A model generated the notes under the pieces. It was not told the origin of the DNA. It ran no database searches and saw nothing but the letters and a program-made list of their open reading frames with translations. DNA of 63,957 bases, counting the filler, from Octopus bimaculoides (Eukaryota): NCBI RefSeq assembly GCF_001194135.2. It is 7 parts of 5 records of this genome, joined end to end, with 100 filler letters (N's around TTAATTAATTAA, not from the genome) between each part and the next. Parts side by side here need not be neighbours in the genome. Positions count along the whole stretch, not along the records: positions 24,863 to 42,336 come from NC_068981.1; 6 more parts are not named here. One strand, written 5' to 3'. The position numbers were made by a program, and so were the translations under genes. Positions 26,876 through 39,039 of this stretch are shown one piece after another (position 1 is the first letter of the stretch; the number at the start of each line of letters is the position of its first letter).

Positions 26876-29340
26876 TTTAGCCCTGCTTTAATTTATATGA
26901 GTTGTACCCAAGTCTGAACCAGTGGAATCAAGGGAGAACAAGGTTTTGCATCTGAAGTTGCTAAAAGTTGAGGTGCCATGCAATTGAAGACACTGATGTC
27001 TGAGAGACAAAAAGAAACACAGAGTGAGTAGGGTTGTATCTACATGGGGAGGGATTTACGTAGAATATGTGAGGTACCCATAAATATGATCTTTTATAAT
27101 TCGCTTATTTTGGGGCTGCCAGGGATTTAGTCTACATAATTGTGTGCTCCTTTTGATATCTTTCCAAGTGTCCCAATAAAAATAAAGGTAAATGTTGTCG
27201 TTTTGAGATGCCGCATTCTTCCGATTTCTTTACTTGCTCAGTTCTCAAACATTTTCAGAGATAAGTTTCTGTCAGCTGGGACTACAATATCAATCAGAAT
27301 ATAAGTCTATTCAATATAATTTTTCACAATGAGATCAGGTCGGTTTACCTCTATTTCCTGATCAGTCTGAACACTGAAATTCCAAAAGGATAGTAACCTC
27401 GGCATTCCGGGCAACTTGTAGTAGCTTGTGTTCCCACCAATTATGTTTGTGAGGGAGGTTGTATGTGCGGCATATTAGTGTGTGTACTAAGCTACCCTGT
27501 TATGCCTTTGCAAGTATTCTGCTGGTGCCAGTATGCTGGATCCAGAGTTTGTGGTCGCTTGCGGTATGATGATCTCGTTTCAGATTTCAAGACATTACTC
27601 TCGTAATTCTTAGAATGTGTATGGGTGCTCTTCACTTATGCGGTATGATGACATCTTTTTATATTTCAAGACATTACTCTAGTAATTCTTAATAAAGAGC
27701 TGGCCCTGAGCAGCAATGATATACTCCTTAATTTCTGGTTTGAGACCTGAGCATAATAGTTACTGATGAGTAAGTACTTTATCTATATCAGGGTCCTTGA
27801 TTCTAGTTGAACATTTACCATGCAGCGGCCTTTGCTTTCATTTCTCCTTGGTATATTGGAGGCTGATTTGTTTGCCTATGATTTTTATTTGTTTTGCTTT
27901 GTCTGTTGGGGACATATTTTCTTCGGGTACAGGTTCGTCTACAGGTATATTTTCGCGTTTTACATTACTGAGTGCAACGTTTTGGTATCTTCATGTTTCA
28001 AAACCAGCTTTAACATCAGTCGTTTGCTTGTTGCAAGTAAACAGACCATCCTATGGTTGTAATTTTTAATGAGAGTTGAGATTCTATTAACCCCCGACCG
28101 CTTTCTTTTCTCGGGAGATATATTCAGTCGGTTTCTACTTTTGAGTGATATATATGATGCATTGTTATTAGCTTTCGTATTTTGACATCAACTTTGTTGA
28201 TTTCAGATATAATATTGAAGTTGTGTGTGGTTAGAGGCATGGTCAATGTGCTAATAGCCTTAATTTTGTTTCTGGCATTCAGCTCGGTTTTCAGAATGAC
28301 TCTTACTCTTCGGTGACATTCTTTCCTTATCTTTTCTGTCATCAGAATGTATTTAATCCCGTCTCCTGAACATACTACTAGATACTTATAACTGCCACGA
28401 AGTTCTAATTCTTTTATTTCGGCGTCTCTATCAAAGATGATGTTGCATGTGTCTGATAGTTTTCTTTTGGTAAATATAGCTTTGGCGCATTTGTCAAGCC
28501 CAAATTCCATTTTGATGTCATCACTAAATTGTTTGACTGTGTGGATGAGTGCTTTCAGAAGCTGATCGTTTTTTGCGAACAGTTTCAAGTCATCCATACA
28601 GAGATGATTGACTCCATACACTCGTGTCCATAATTTATTTCATTCAGGAATTTACTTAGAAGAAAGTGCTAAGTAGAATAACAAAGGAGATGATGAGTCT
28701 CCTTGAAAGCTTCTTCAATTAACATTCAATTGTCCAGCATTTATATTTGTAGTGTCAATGTTGAAAATTAATGTCGTTGGTTCAGAGCTTCATAGAATGA
28801 GATGCAAAATTCCTGGTTGCTGGAGAAATTTTGAACATCTCCAGGCATTCCTTTATCAAGCTGCGAGGAAAACTAATCAAAAGCCTTGCAAACCTGATGT
28901 GATAATCTTCGAAAATCATTTTGTTAATTAACAGTTGAATCCTGTATCCACAAGACCCACGTTTACATCATTTTGTTCATCAGAGATGTTGTCGTTGACG
29001 AGAAACGCATATGTGCGTTCCATTAGGAGAGTTGTAAGGATTTTGTACATTGTTGTAAGGAATGCTACAGTTCTCAGAGTTTTTGTTTCATCAGTTTTGT
29101 GAAGCAAAAAAGTGATACCATTGGTCAATCATTCTGGGGTTCCATCGTAACTGCGTTGTCACAAGAAGTTAGTTTCTTATGTGAGTTTGTAAACACATTG
29201 AACCAATAGTTTGGGACCTTATCCATACTCGGTGACTTCCGTTTACTTTTTTTTGTAATGCGAGTCTGATGTCTTTTATATTTATCTCTTCCCACATTTG
29301 CTCATCTATAAGCTCAGTGTCTCTTTTCCTGCCTGTTAAT
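26872..29340 (-). mobile_element. Older, degenerate Dong/R4-clade LINE (RT plus REL)
   Basis: HLCMDDLKLFAK, MEFGLDKCAK, SYKYL, ELNARNKIKAI, VNRPDLIV, GTSHILRKSL; many stops and frameshifts. Confidence 0.85.
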
Positions 29341-29399
29341 CCATGGGGCATCACTGTTGTACTTTTTTTAATCTGCCCAAATTTTCCTCTAAGACTCTA

Positions 29400-29908
29400 G
29401 TATTTCATGCTCCGAGGGGACTTCTATTTTGGTGGTACTCTTTTCAATATGCCTATGCTCTTAGACACGAAGGGACGAAAACCGTTCAATGGACCCAAGT
29501 GGAAGAGGCACGGCGTGGTAATAAATCCACAGTCCGATCCTTGCCTGACCACAACGGGCAAATGATATCTGATCTAGACAGATGCCTGATGCCTTTCAGT
29601 GGTGTTTAGCTTAACTGTTCAGGAGTAGAGATGAACCGGATCTCAAGATGGATTTCACGTCCGACCTCGACGGGCTACCGCGGTTCTCGGCGACGGAGGT
29701 GAGGCGCTACGAAAGGCCGATGACAGCCTTTGAAATGTGGGAAGCAATGACTAACTACACGAGTGGTAAATCGCCTGGTTTGGATGGTTTGCGCTACGAG
29801 CTTTACGCTTATATGCCAGACTTATTCGGTGACCTCGTGGCAAACGTTTACTACAACTGGCAACAGAATGGGAGAATTCTCAGTTTTGTGAGCCGAGGAG
29901 CAGTGGCG
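29400..29908 (+). mobile_element. L1/Tx1-like LINE fragment (pre-RT region)
   Basis: GKSPGLDGLRYELY...DLFGDLVANVYYNWQQNGRI...SRGAV. Confidence 0.75.
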
Positions 29909-30022
29909 TTCAATTGCTCCAGTTCTTTCCATGTCTTTCCCTGCTTTATTCGTATTATCTTTCTCCAGTTTGGTTCTTTCCTTTCATCTGCTTTTGTATC
30001 TTCAGTTTTTTACTTGTAGCCT
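29909..30022 (-). mobile_element. LINE C-terminal fragment (RTE-like)
   Basis: Minus RKEPNWRKIIRIKQGKTWKELEQL resembles the RTE 'W.R...K.GKTW.EL' end. Confidence 0.45.
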
Positions 30023-30039
30023 ACCATGTTAGCTACGAT

Positions 30040-30575
30040 ATTAGCAGTAGCTTTGATTAGCTGGTTTGTGGCGATTGAAGAGTGGAAGCACAAAGTAAGT
30101 TATAACCTTCGTCAGTCGGCTATTTTCCAAACAAAGCAAATCTACAGCGGGATGGAAAATCGGAAATACTCTTGATAACGAGGAAGCACAAGAAAGCGGC
30201 AATCAACTGGGAAGACAGAGCATTCACTATGTATGTATGTATGTATGTATGTATGGCTGGCCTCAAATCTCACCTGCGATCCCATGGAAAACAAACCTCA
30301 TCCAGCTATTCTGATTATATGTCTGTGCACGCGTTTGAATGTGGTGTGTGCCAGAGGGTTTTCAAATCCAATGGGGGTCTTAAAAGAAATGTTAGGATCC
30401 ACAATGAGCAGAACTTACTTGCAGGTATTGGTAGTGCAAATCAGAGGTGCAATCTGTGTGGGTGTTTTTTCAAACCACTGTCTGGTTTAAAAAGCCACAT
30501 CAGATGCCATGAAAGGGCTAAGGTGTAGGTGCAGGAGGTGGTCAAACTCTGTTTAAGGAGTAGACAACCACCATG
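30040..30575 (+). mobile_element. RTE LINE 3' end with tandem C2H2 zinc fingers
   Basis: GLKSHLRSH, FECGVCQRVFKSNGGLKRNVRIH, CNLCGCFFKPLSGLKSHIRCH*; 3' UTR 'ggagtagacaaccacca' plus (ATGT)n, shared with 42145-42315. Confidence 0.8.
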
Positions 30576-30968
30576 TATGTATGTATGTATGTATGTATGT
30601 ATGTATGTATGAATATATGTATGTATTTATGTATGTATGTGTGTGTGTATGTATGTATGTATGTATGTATGTATGTATGTCATTATTCAGTTTTATTTCA
30701 AGATCCGGCTTATGTTTACACTTGACATTTGTTTTGATGGGAATGTTTCACCAACAATCCGTGTTGATGTTTGTGTATGTATTCAGTGACGAAAACCACA
30801 AAGATCCGACCAAACTAGAGATGTTTCATAACATGAAATGTATCTAGAAAAGGGTCTTATTCGAACACTAGTTACGTATGGTAATTTCATTACCATGTAT
30901 AATGCATATTTTTCTTAGGTGACCCCTCTTTCTCTCACGCTTATTGAATTATAGGATGTCACTTAATC

Positions 30969-33900
30969 GACATCACTATAAAATGGTAACCCCGACGTCA
31001 AGAACACGATAACCACTGCGGACATTTCACTATAAAATAGTAAAGCCGACTTTTTGAATACACAAACCACAGCACATGGTAAATCGACGCCTTACTACAC
31101 TTTTCAAGGTAATTTCTACATTACTCTACCAGCACCTCTGATATTCTAGTTTTGAAATAATTTCGTGTCTTCCGCGTCAAATAAGAAAGTCACTTATCAC
31201 GCCTGTTCTTTGTCATAATCATGAGTAACACTTTCATACCAGCCTATTCCGGTGACGCTAAGCTATGGTTTGCACAGCTTGATTCTTATTTCACAGTACA
31301 TGGTATCCAAGCCGCTCAACAAAAGCTACACGTGCATTCCCGCCATAATAGCAGATACCGTTAAAGATACCATCACAGATCTTCCACAAGGCATGACCTT
31401 ACGATTCTCTGAGAACAGAAATACTACGCAGAAATTCTAAATCAGCAGAAAGCCGTTTCCGTGCATTGTTACAGGATGAGAACCTGGATGACAAAACTCC
31501 TTCAGAATTTCTTAGGCGGATCAGAGAACTCAGTGATGATACACCTGCGGACAGCGTCTTCGTAAAGAAATTATATTTTTCCTGCTTACCAACTAATGTA
31601 CAGACGATATTGGCGAATATGGTTGACACCAACACTATAGATCAAATTGCTGCGTCTGCAGATAAGATAATGGAATTTTCTCACAGACCCACCATTGCTG
31701 ATTCGATTATTGCTTCATCGTCTTCTCGACAACAGCCTGATAATACAAATGGAGACACCATGTTGAAGGCTATCGATGGTTTAACGCGCCAAATAACTCA
31801 ATTCTGTCTCGTTAGTCGGCGTTCGCGAAGCCGTTCTTTATCTTTTAAACGACGTAACACTTTTTCAACCAGCAATTTTTCGGTGTGTTGGTACCGCGCA
31901 CATTTCCATGACAAAGCACGTCATTGTAACAAGTATTGTGCTTTTAAAGTGTCGGAAAACTGAACCTAGAGAGCCTGGGTACGTTAGACCTCTCTCGCAA
32001 CTTTTCAGCTAATCGTGCTTTCTTCGTTAGGGGCCTAGTCTCAAACAGGTTGTTCATGGTCGATACAGGACCAAGTTGCAGTATTTTGCCATTACGGTTC
32101 AGCTCTAACAAGCCACAATTATCCAGTATTTCCTTATATGCGATGAAGCAGTCTCCCATCAAAACCTACGGTCAGATATCTTTAACTCTAGACCTTGCCT
32201 TGCGTCGAGATTTTAAATGGATTTTTGTCATCGCTGACCTGCCGCATCCTATCCTCAGGGCGAACTTCTTACACCACTATTCACTCCTGGTAGATGTCAT
32301 GAAACAGATTTGTGGATACTACTACATCTTAATCTACGCCTGCATGTGAATCTACTGCTGCTATCCTCAGCCCATCATTTTAAGTAGCTGTTGCCAGTAA
32401 CCAGTTCCATACTCTTCTAGCCTCGTTTCCCGAGTTAACGGATCTCTCATTTAAGCCCATCCGGACAGTCCACTCGACTCAACACTTTATTACAACAACT
32501 GGTCCACCCGTTTTCTCTCGTCCACGTAGACAAGCGCCAGACAGGCTCAAGAAAGCCCACACTGAATTCGAGCACATGCTCCAGTTTGGTCTTATACGTC
32601 CTTCTACTAGCCCTTGGGCATCTCCGCTACACTTAGCTCGGAATGGTGAAGCGGATTTTAGACCCGTTGGTGATTACAGGAGACTTAATGCTATCGTCAC
32701 GCTCGATCGTTATCTTCTACCCAACTTAAAGGATTTTTCTTATGTTCTCCGTGGTTGCACTATATTTTCCAAAGTGGATCTGGTGCGTACCACCAAATCT
32801 CGATGAATCCGGAAGATATACCTTAAACTTCGTTTGGTTCATTCAAATTCCTATCTATGCCTTTTGGTCTGAAAAATGCTGCCAGTATATTCCAGCATTT
32901 CATCGACAAAGTCGTTCGCGGATTGAATTTTGTTTTTGCTTATGTAGATAACCTCCTAGTAGTCAGTGACACAGTTGAACATCACCATCAACATCTATAA
33001 CAGTTGTTTAAACGTCTGCGAGCGTATCATGTAAAGATCAATCCAGCTAAATGTGTATTCGGTACAACTTCATTGGAATTCCTTGGACATCTTATAGACG
33101 CAGAGGGAATTCGACCCCTCCCATCTAAAGTGGATGCTATTCAGAAAATCGCACCCACCTACTTCATTGAGACAAGTACGTCACTTTCTGGAGTTAATGA
33201 ATTTTTACAGAACTTTCATACCGAACTGCGCGGACAAGTTGTTTCTCCTGACACAACCTTTAAAATCCACAAAGAAGAAAGACGCATCTATTTCCCTTTC
33301 CGTAAAGGCTGAATTAGCTAAAGTTTCCTTTCTCATTCATCCTACTGCAAACGTGAAACTATCCCTAACCGTAGACGCGTCCACGATCACTGTCGGTGCC
33401 GTTCTAGAACACATCATCAACCAGAAAAATCAACCACTTATTTTTATCTCACGTCAACACAAGCCAGCTGAACAGCGTTACAGTGCTTTTGACAGAGAGC
33501 TCTTATCAGTTTATCTTGCTGTGAGATACTTCCGCCACCTCCTAGAAGGTCGGGAGTTCGCGCTATTCACAGATCATAAACCTCTTACATTCGCTCTTCA
33601 ATCCAAGTCCGATAAATACTCGCCAAGGACATACTGACGCTTGGATTTCATCTCGCAATATACCAGTGACATTCGTCATATAGCCGGATCTGCAAACATA
33701 CCTGTGGATGCATTATCCACACTGCCTGTGTGTTCACATTAGTCTCCTACACACATCGATTTGGTTGCTATCGCCACAGACCAACCTCCTCTGGACTCTT
33801 TGGACACTTCTTCTAACCAATATTCCAGTTGCAGATTTGAATACTTACCCATTCCGTCTGCTGAAGGACGGATCTTTTGTGACATCTCTACCGGCTCACC

Positions 33901-34012
33901 TAGACCGCTTGTTCCACATCGTCATCAGCGTACTGTTTTTGATGCTCTTCATTCCTTGTCGTATCCCGGCATAGCCGCCACAATAAAGCTCATTACAGCC
34001 CGTTTCTTCTGG
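30969..34012 (+). mobile_element. Ty3/Gypsy LTR retrotransposon (CsRn1-like), frameshifted, integrase truncated
   Basis: PBS-Trp; gag KTPSEFLRRIREL...CWYRAHF; protease MVDTG; RT SPWASPLHL/DYRRLN/YVDN; RNase H VDAS..RELL..FTDHKPL; integrase start HSLSYPGI..WF truncated at (GGTA)n. Domain order PR-RT-RH-IN. Confidence 0.92.
30984..30998 (+). other. Primer-binding site complementary to tRNA-Trp
   Basis: TGGTAACCCCGACGT versus TGGTGACCCCGACGT, the reverse complement of the eukaryotic tRNA-Trp 3' end as recalled; 14/15 match. Confidence 0.75.
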
Positions 34013-34966
34013 TAGGTAGGTAGGTAGGTAGGTAGGTATGGCAGGTTAGTCTTAGTGTTACTGGTAACATGTAACCCAATACAACCTGTTGCATGATCAA
34101 GCCGTCGGCGAGTAAACTAGCAACCCTACCAAACTTGCTTGAAACCTTGCAAGATGAAAAACGAACTTTATCAAAGAACGAATGTACTCGATAGAGCCAA
34201 CTGCCACCCAAAAGTTTGTAACAGGAAAGCCTAGTGTTTGTTTTGACATCTTCCTGGTAGAAGAAAATTTCGAAATAACACCCGCTTCATTGCAAAGCTA
34301 GAGATTTTTTGTTGCTTGTCTCTGGACTACTTGGCATTGTAGATGAGAGTCTTGACAGTGTTATGCAAGCTGTTATTGACTTTAAATTTGAGCTCAAGCA
34401 TTACTGGTCTCCGTTTTCTTTAACATCTAGAATACGATAATTTGTTAGTGATAGAGAAACTCGCCTACGAGTCGATAGAAATAACTTTTAGCCAGTGGCA
34501 TGTATGTTATTCAAATACATTTGAGTTATTTCTCGCAGCTCAGTTTTGCTTAAATTAATCAAATTACCTAGGCCAAAAATGTTTTCTGTTCTTTTTTGTA
34601 TGAGTGTAAGTCCTTTGATTACTGGAAATAAAGTTGGACAACTGTCGCGTTGACGGATATTGAGCCAATAACCTCAGTCCATGACAGTCCTCTTCTCTCC
34701 AGACATTAAACCAGTCGTTGATGGCTTGCCAAGTTCTTAGAAATTCTCGATTCTTGAGATTATCTCCCTTTCTCAAGTGGAGCTGATCCTAATTGCTATT
34801 TAGCAATTATGACATATCCTCAAGAGGCAGAAATAATTTTAAATCAAGAATTTATTCTGTATGCTATTTGATATACTTATAAATGATTACGCATGTATGT
34901 ATGTATGTATGTGTGTGTGTGTGTGTGCATGTGTGAGTGTGTGTGTGTATATGTATGTAGACTTGC

Positions 34967-35037
<71 letters not shown>

Positions 35038-35309
35038 TATGCAGGGCAGGGAATCATCAATTAGTAATAAAATTAATAATTAACAATTTCTGCCGGGTAG
35101 CTCAGTATGAAAAAACCTTTTTCGGTAAATAATAATTTATAATCATAAATATATAGGGATTGACAAGCAGGTTGGAGAAGCAGGTTACTGTCAATCCCTA
35201 TATATTTATGATTATATATATATATAAGTAGGAAAGTATATATAGATAGGCATGTATTGTAAGTTTGTATGTACGTACGTATGAATGTATTTTCATTTTT
35301 TAATTCTTT

Positions 35310-35504
35310 TGTTTCAGTCATCTGACTGCGGCCATGCTGGAACACCGCCTTAAGGGGTTTTTACTCGTAGAAATCAACCCCAGGACTTATTCTATCAGAC
35401 TCTTTTGCAGAACCACTAAGTTATGGGGACGTAAACACACCAACATCGGTTAACAAGCGATGGTAGACACACACACACACACACACACATACACGCACAC
35501 ACAT

Positions 35505-35553
<49 letters not shown>

Positions 35554-35635
35554 NNNNNNNNNNCATGCAGTGGGACTGAACCCGGAACCATATGGTTGGG
35601 AAGTAAGCTTCTTACCACACAGCCACGCCTGCACC
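35310..35635 (-). mobile_element. SINE family A with head and internal (CA)n
   Basis: Minus head GGCGTGGCTGTGTGGTAAGAAGC...GGTTCAGTCCC (A/B-box-like). Confidence 0.75.
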
Positions 35636-35692
35636 GATGTATGTATGTATGTATGTATGTCTTTGCGTCTGTCCTAGACCCTCTCCACATAC

Positions 35693-35877
35693 ATACCACT
35701 TGACAAACAATGCTGATGTCCCTGTAACATAGCGGTTCGACAAAAGGACTTTGATTGAATATATACCAGGCTTTAAGAAATTAGTTCTGAGGTCATTCGT
35801 TCGATTTAAATTCTTTTAGGCGGTATCCCAGCATGGCTACAGTCTACTGACTGAAACAAGTAAGAAAAAGTAAAAAA
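35693..35877 (+). mobile_element. SINE family A, 3' part, inverted relative to 35310-35465
   Basis: Reverse complement aligns with 35310-35465. Confidence 0.65.
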
Positions 35878-36279
35878 ATAAAAAATATAAATTTTCAAAA
35901 ATTTTCACCGTACTTCTGTGACTCGCTAACTGACAAAATCCAGCAGGCTGTGGTGTAGAAAGGCAAAGAAACTTTTTCGCGCTTCATGTTCTATGAATAA
36001 AACTAAATCTAACAGTTTGTGTGTTTTTTTTTTAATAGGTTACGCGGTTTTCGTTATTGTTTCAATTTTTGTTCACGTTCTCACTTGCCAAACAACTATG
36101 ACACTTACCAGACAACAATGAAAAAATATTAAAAGAATGGCATGAAATATGAAAGAAAATTTATATTAGTGCATAGTTAGAAAACGAGGTAGATATAGAG
36201 AGAAAAAGCTGTGTATACAGTCAAGTGAACTGGATGAATTACCGCCTTTACATGTAATGTGTGGCAGCTGCTTTTACCC

Positions 36280-36546
36280 CCCACTCCTTTTCAGTTCCTT
36301 TTATTTATCATTTTCAACTAGGCTTCTGCGTGAACTGAACGCTCTCAGTTTCTAAGAGAGGAAAGCGAAGTATTTCAACTTAGAAAACGAAAACGCAATA
36401 GTTTTCTAAACTAACATTCATTAAAAACTACCACCAGCAACATTACGTACCGTATCAACAACAATAACAATTGTCATCATTGTCCATAAATAAACACTAA
36501 TCGCTTTGTGTGTATCTATTTTTCGTGAAGCAAAGAAGAGACAGAG
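36280..36546 (+). promoter_or_regulatory. Putative TSS region and 5' UTR
   Basis: Two TCAGTT initiator-like hexamers (about 36291 and 36345) in unique sequence upstream of the ATG exon. Confidence 0.3.
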
Positions 36547-36596
36547 ATGAGTTCAGAATCTCCTCGCCCTAAAAGAGCAAGATACTCTCGCAGACA
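36547..36596 (+). CDS. Probable first coding exon, MSSESPRPKRARYSRR(Q/H); product unknown, NLS-like
   Basis: ATG preceded by an in-frame TGA, 16 codons plus 2 nt, then a consensus donor CA|GTAAGT; no repeat similarity seen. No downstream exon identified. Confidence 0.5.
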
Positions 36597-36799
36597 GTAA
36601 GTTGGTTTAATGTTCAATACTTAGTTTCTATTACTTAATATGTATATTTTATTTATTTACTAATCTGGGCAACTATCACAATTTGTATTCACTCCCTCTC
36701 AAACGCCACGTTACGCATACACACTCAGACAGGCGTGTGTGTGTATGTGTACGTGTGAATCTGTATGTTTATGTGTTTTGTGTGTCTGCTCGCGCGCGC

Positions 36800-36857
<58 letters not shown>

Positions 36858-37419
36858 GTGTGTGTATGAGCAAGAAATAGTGTTAGAAATAACCGTAATT
36901 TCGTCGGAAGTGTTTCTTCAAAACAACATTACGGTTTTGATCTTCTTTAGCATAAGTACAGCTTAGTGCCCCCCATCTCCGTCGTTGTTTCCTCATAATT
37001 TTCTGAAAAGTGCATATTTTAAAACCATATTTTTGAAGACATACGCATGCGAAAGGGTAGAAATCTGAAAAAAGGTGGCGTGCTAGAATTACAAGGAACT
37101 GGTCGTTATAAAGTCAAGATCGAGTAATGAATGATCCAAGATTCATAAATACATACATATTCACAAGGTGTGTGAGTATGTGTGTGTATCAAATACCTAT
37201 GATGATAAATAGATATCAACACGAAATATATGCACATTATTTATATCAAGATCCAAATATCCATATATAAATAGGCATGTATATAAATGCGTATATATTT
37301 ACATATGTACATATGCATGTATATATATGTATATATTTATTTACATGCATATATGTATATAAATATAATATATATATTTATTTATAAGAGTATATATTTA
37401 AATGCATATATACTCTTTT

Positions 37420-37681
37420 ACTTCTTTCAGTCGTTTGATTGCGGCCATGCTGAGGCACCGCCTTTAGTCGAGCAAATCGACCCCAGGACTTATTCTTTGT
37501 AAGCCTACTACTTATTCTTTCGGACTCTTTTGCCGAACCGTTAGTTTACGAGGACGTAGACACACCGGCATCGGTTGTCAAGCGAACACACGCACGCGCG
37601 CGCGTATAAGACACTTGCCCAAGGTGCCACACAGTGGGACTGAACCCGGTACCATGTGGTAAGCAAGCAACTCACCGCACA

Positions 37682-37685
<4 letters not shown>
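37420..37685 (-). mobile_element. SINE family A
   Basis: Body and head ('gacacttgcccaaggtgccacacagtgggactgaacccgg') match 35310-35635. Confidence 0.75.
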
Positions 37686-37735
<50 letters not shown>

Positions 37736-37754
37736 NNNNNNNNNNNNNNNNNNN

Positions 37755-37805
<51 letters not shown>

Positions 37806-37812
37806 TATACAT

Positions 37813-37849
<37 letters not shown>

Positions 37850-38505
37850 GATAGATAGATAGATATCCATATATATAGATATCCATATACATATATATAT
37901 ATATACATATATATGTATACATATACAGGGATTAGCATTGAGTTGCTTCTCCAACATACTGAAAATCTAGAAATAGCAGTCAAAGAACTACTGATTCTAA
38001 ACTACAAATTTTTCTCTAAACGGATGGCGATATTTATGGCACACATAGAACAAAAAACCGGAGGGAAAAGCAAAAACAAACCTGCCTTTAGTTAATTGGA
38101 TACGACGTTTTGCGGTTAAGAGAATGAAATTACTCTATTCCGCATCTTCAGTCCAATATTCTGATAAATTTGAAAGATCAATTGAATAATAGAAAAATAC
38201 AAGATTATTTATTTCCACAAACGTAATAATAAAAAATANNNNNNNNNNATATGTGTACATGTACTATAATATATATATAATTATATTGCTTTTTCTTTCG
38301 AAAAATCATAGAACTGCCTCGAAGTCTCGAAGTGCTCAGGCTGAACCCAACGCTAGATAGTATATAATATAATTTAAAGAAGTTTCAAAAATTAGATAAT
38401 TATCTTGTATTTATGACATACATTAATACAACAAATACATTAAGACATTCAGAACATATTAAAAGTATTATTTAATAATATAATAGAAATAAAAAATATA
38501 TAAAA

Positions 38506-39032
38506 TAAGAATATACATGAAAGTATAAGCAAGAGGAAATTTGATATGTAGAGTGATATAGCGAATAAACCTTATTCAAAATTAAAAGTTTAAAATTTAG
38601 AATTAAAAATTAAAAGTTAGAAATTACATTGACGGCAGTGAGAAACCTTAATGAGGAATTTTAAAGTCCGGAGAAATATATCTGTCTTAAGAGTTCTAAA
38701 AAAGTATATTGCGGGTTATAATAACAGGTAAGAGGTTTTTCTACGGCCGTTTCCGGAGTCCATTTCTCCTGGTAGGAAGTGAATTTTATAATTCACCTAT
38801 AGACAATGTCCCCTTCATTAGGAAAAAAAGAGCATGGTTCAAAAGAAGGTTTAGAGTAAGGAAATTTCATTTAAGGTTACATTATGCTGGTCACTCGTTA
38901 TGACTATTTTTATATCGACTTGGTTGGGCATGATGAGAAAGCAGCAATTTAAAGAAGTTATAAATATGTTATTATTTTATATTATGAAGTATTCTGGGTA
39001 ATAAGGAATGATAGAAGAGAAATTGGAATGCA
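38506..39032 (+). repeat. Inverted copy of the PLE 5' region (41247-41783)
   Basis: Aligns by eye along its whole length with the reverse complement of 41247-41783. Confidence 0.9.
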
Positions 39033-39039
39033 AGAGTCG

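Noticed and set aside
30172-30528. Host C2H2 zinc-finger gene
   Set aside because: No TGEKP linkers or splice sites; continuous with LINE 3' UTR and tail, with a paralogous end at 42145.
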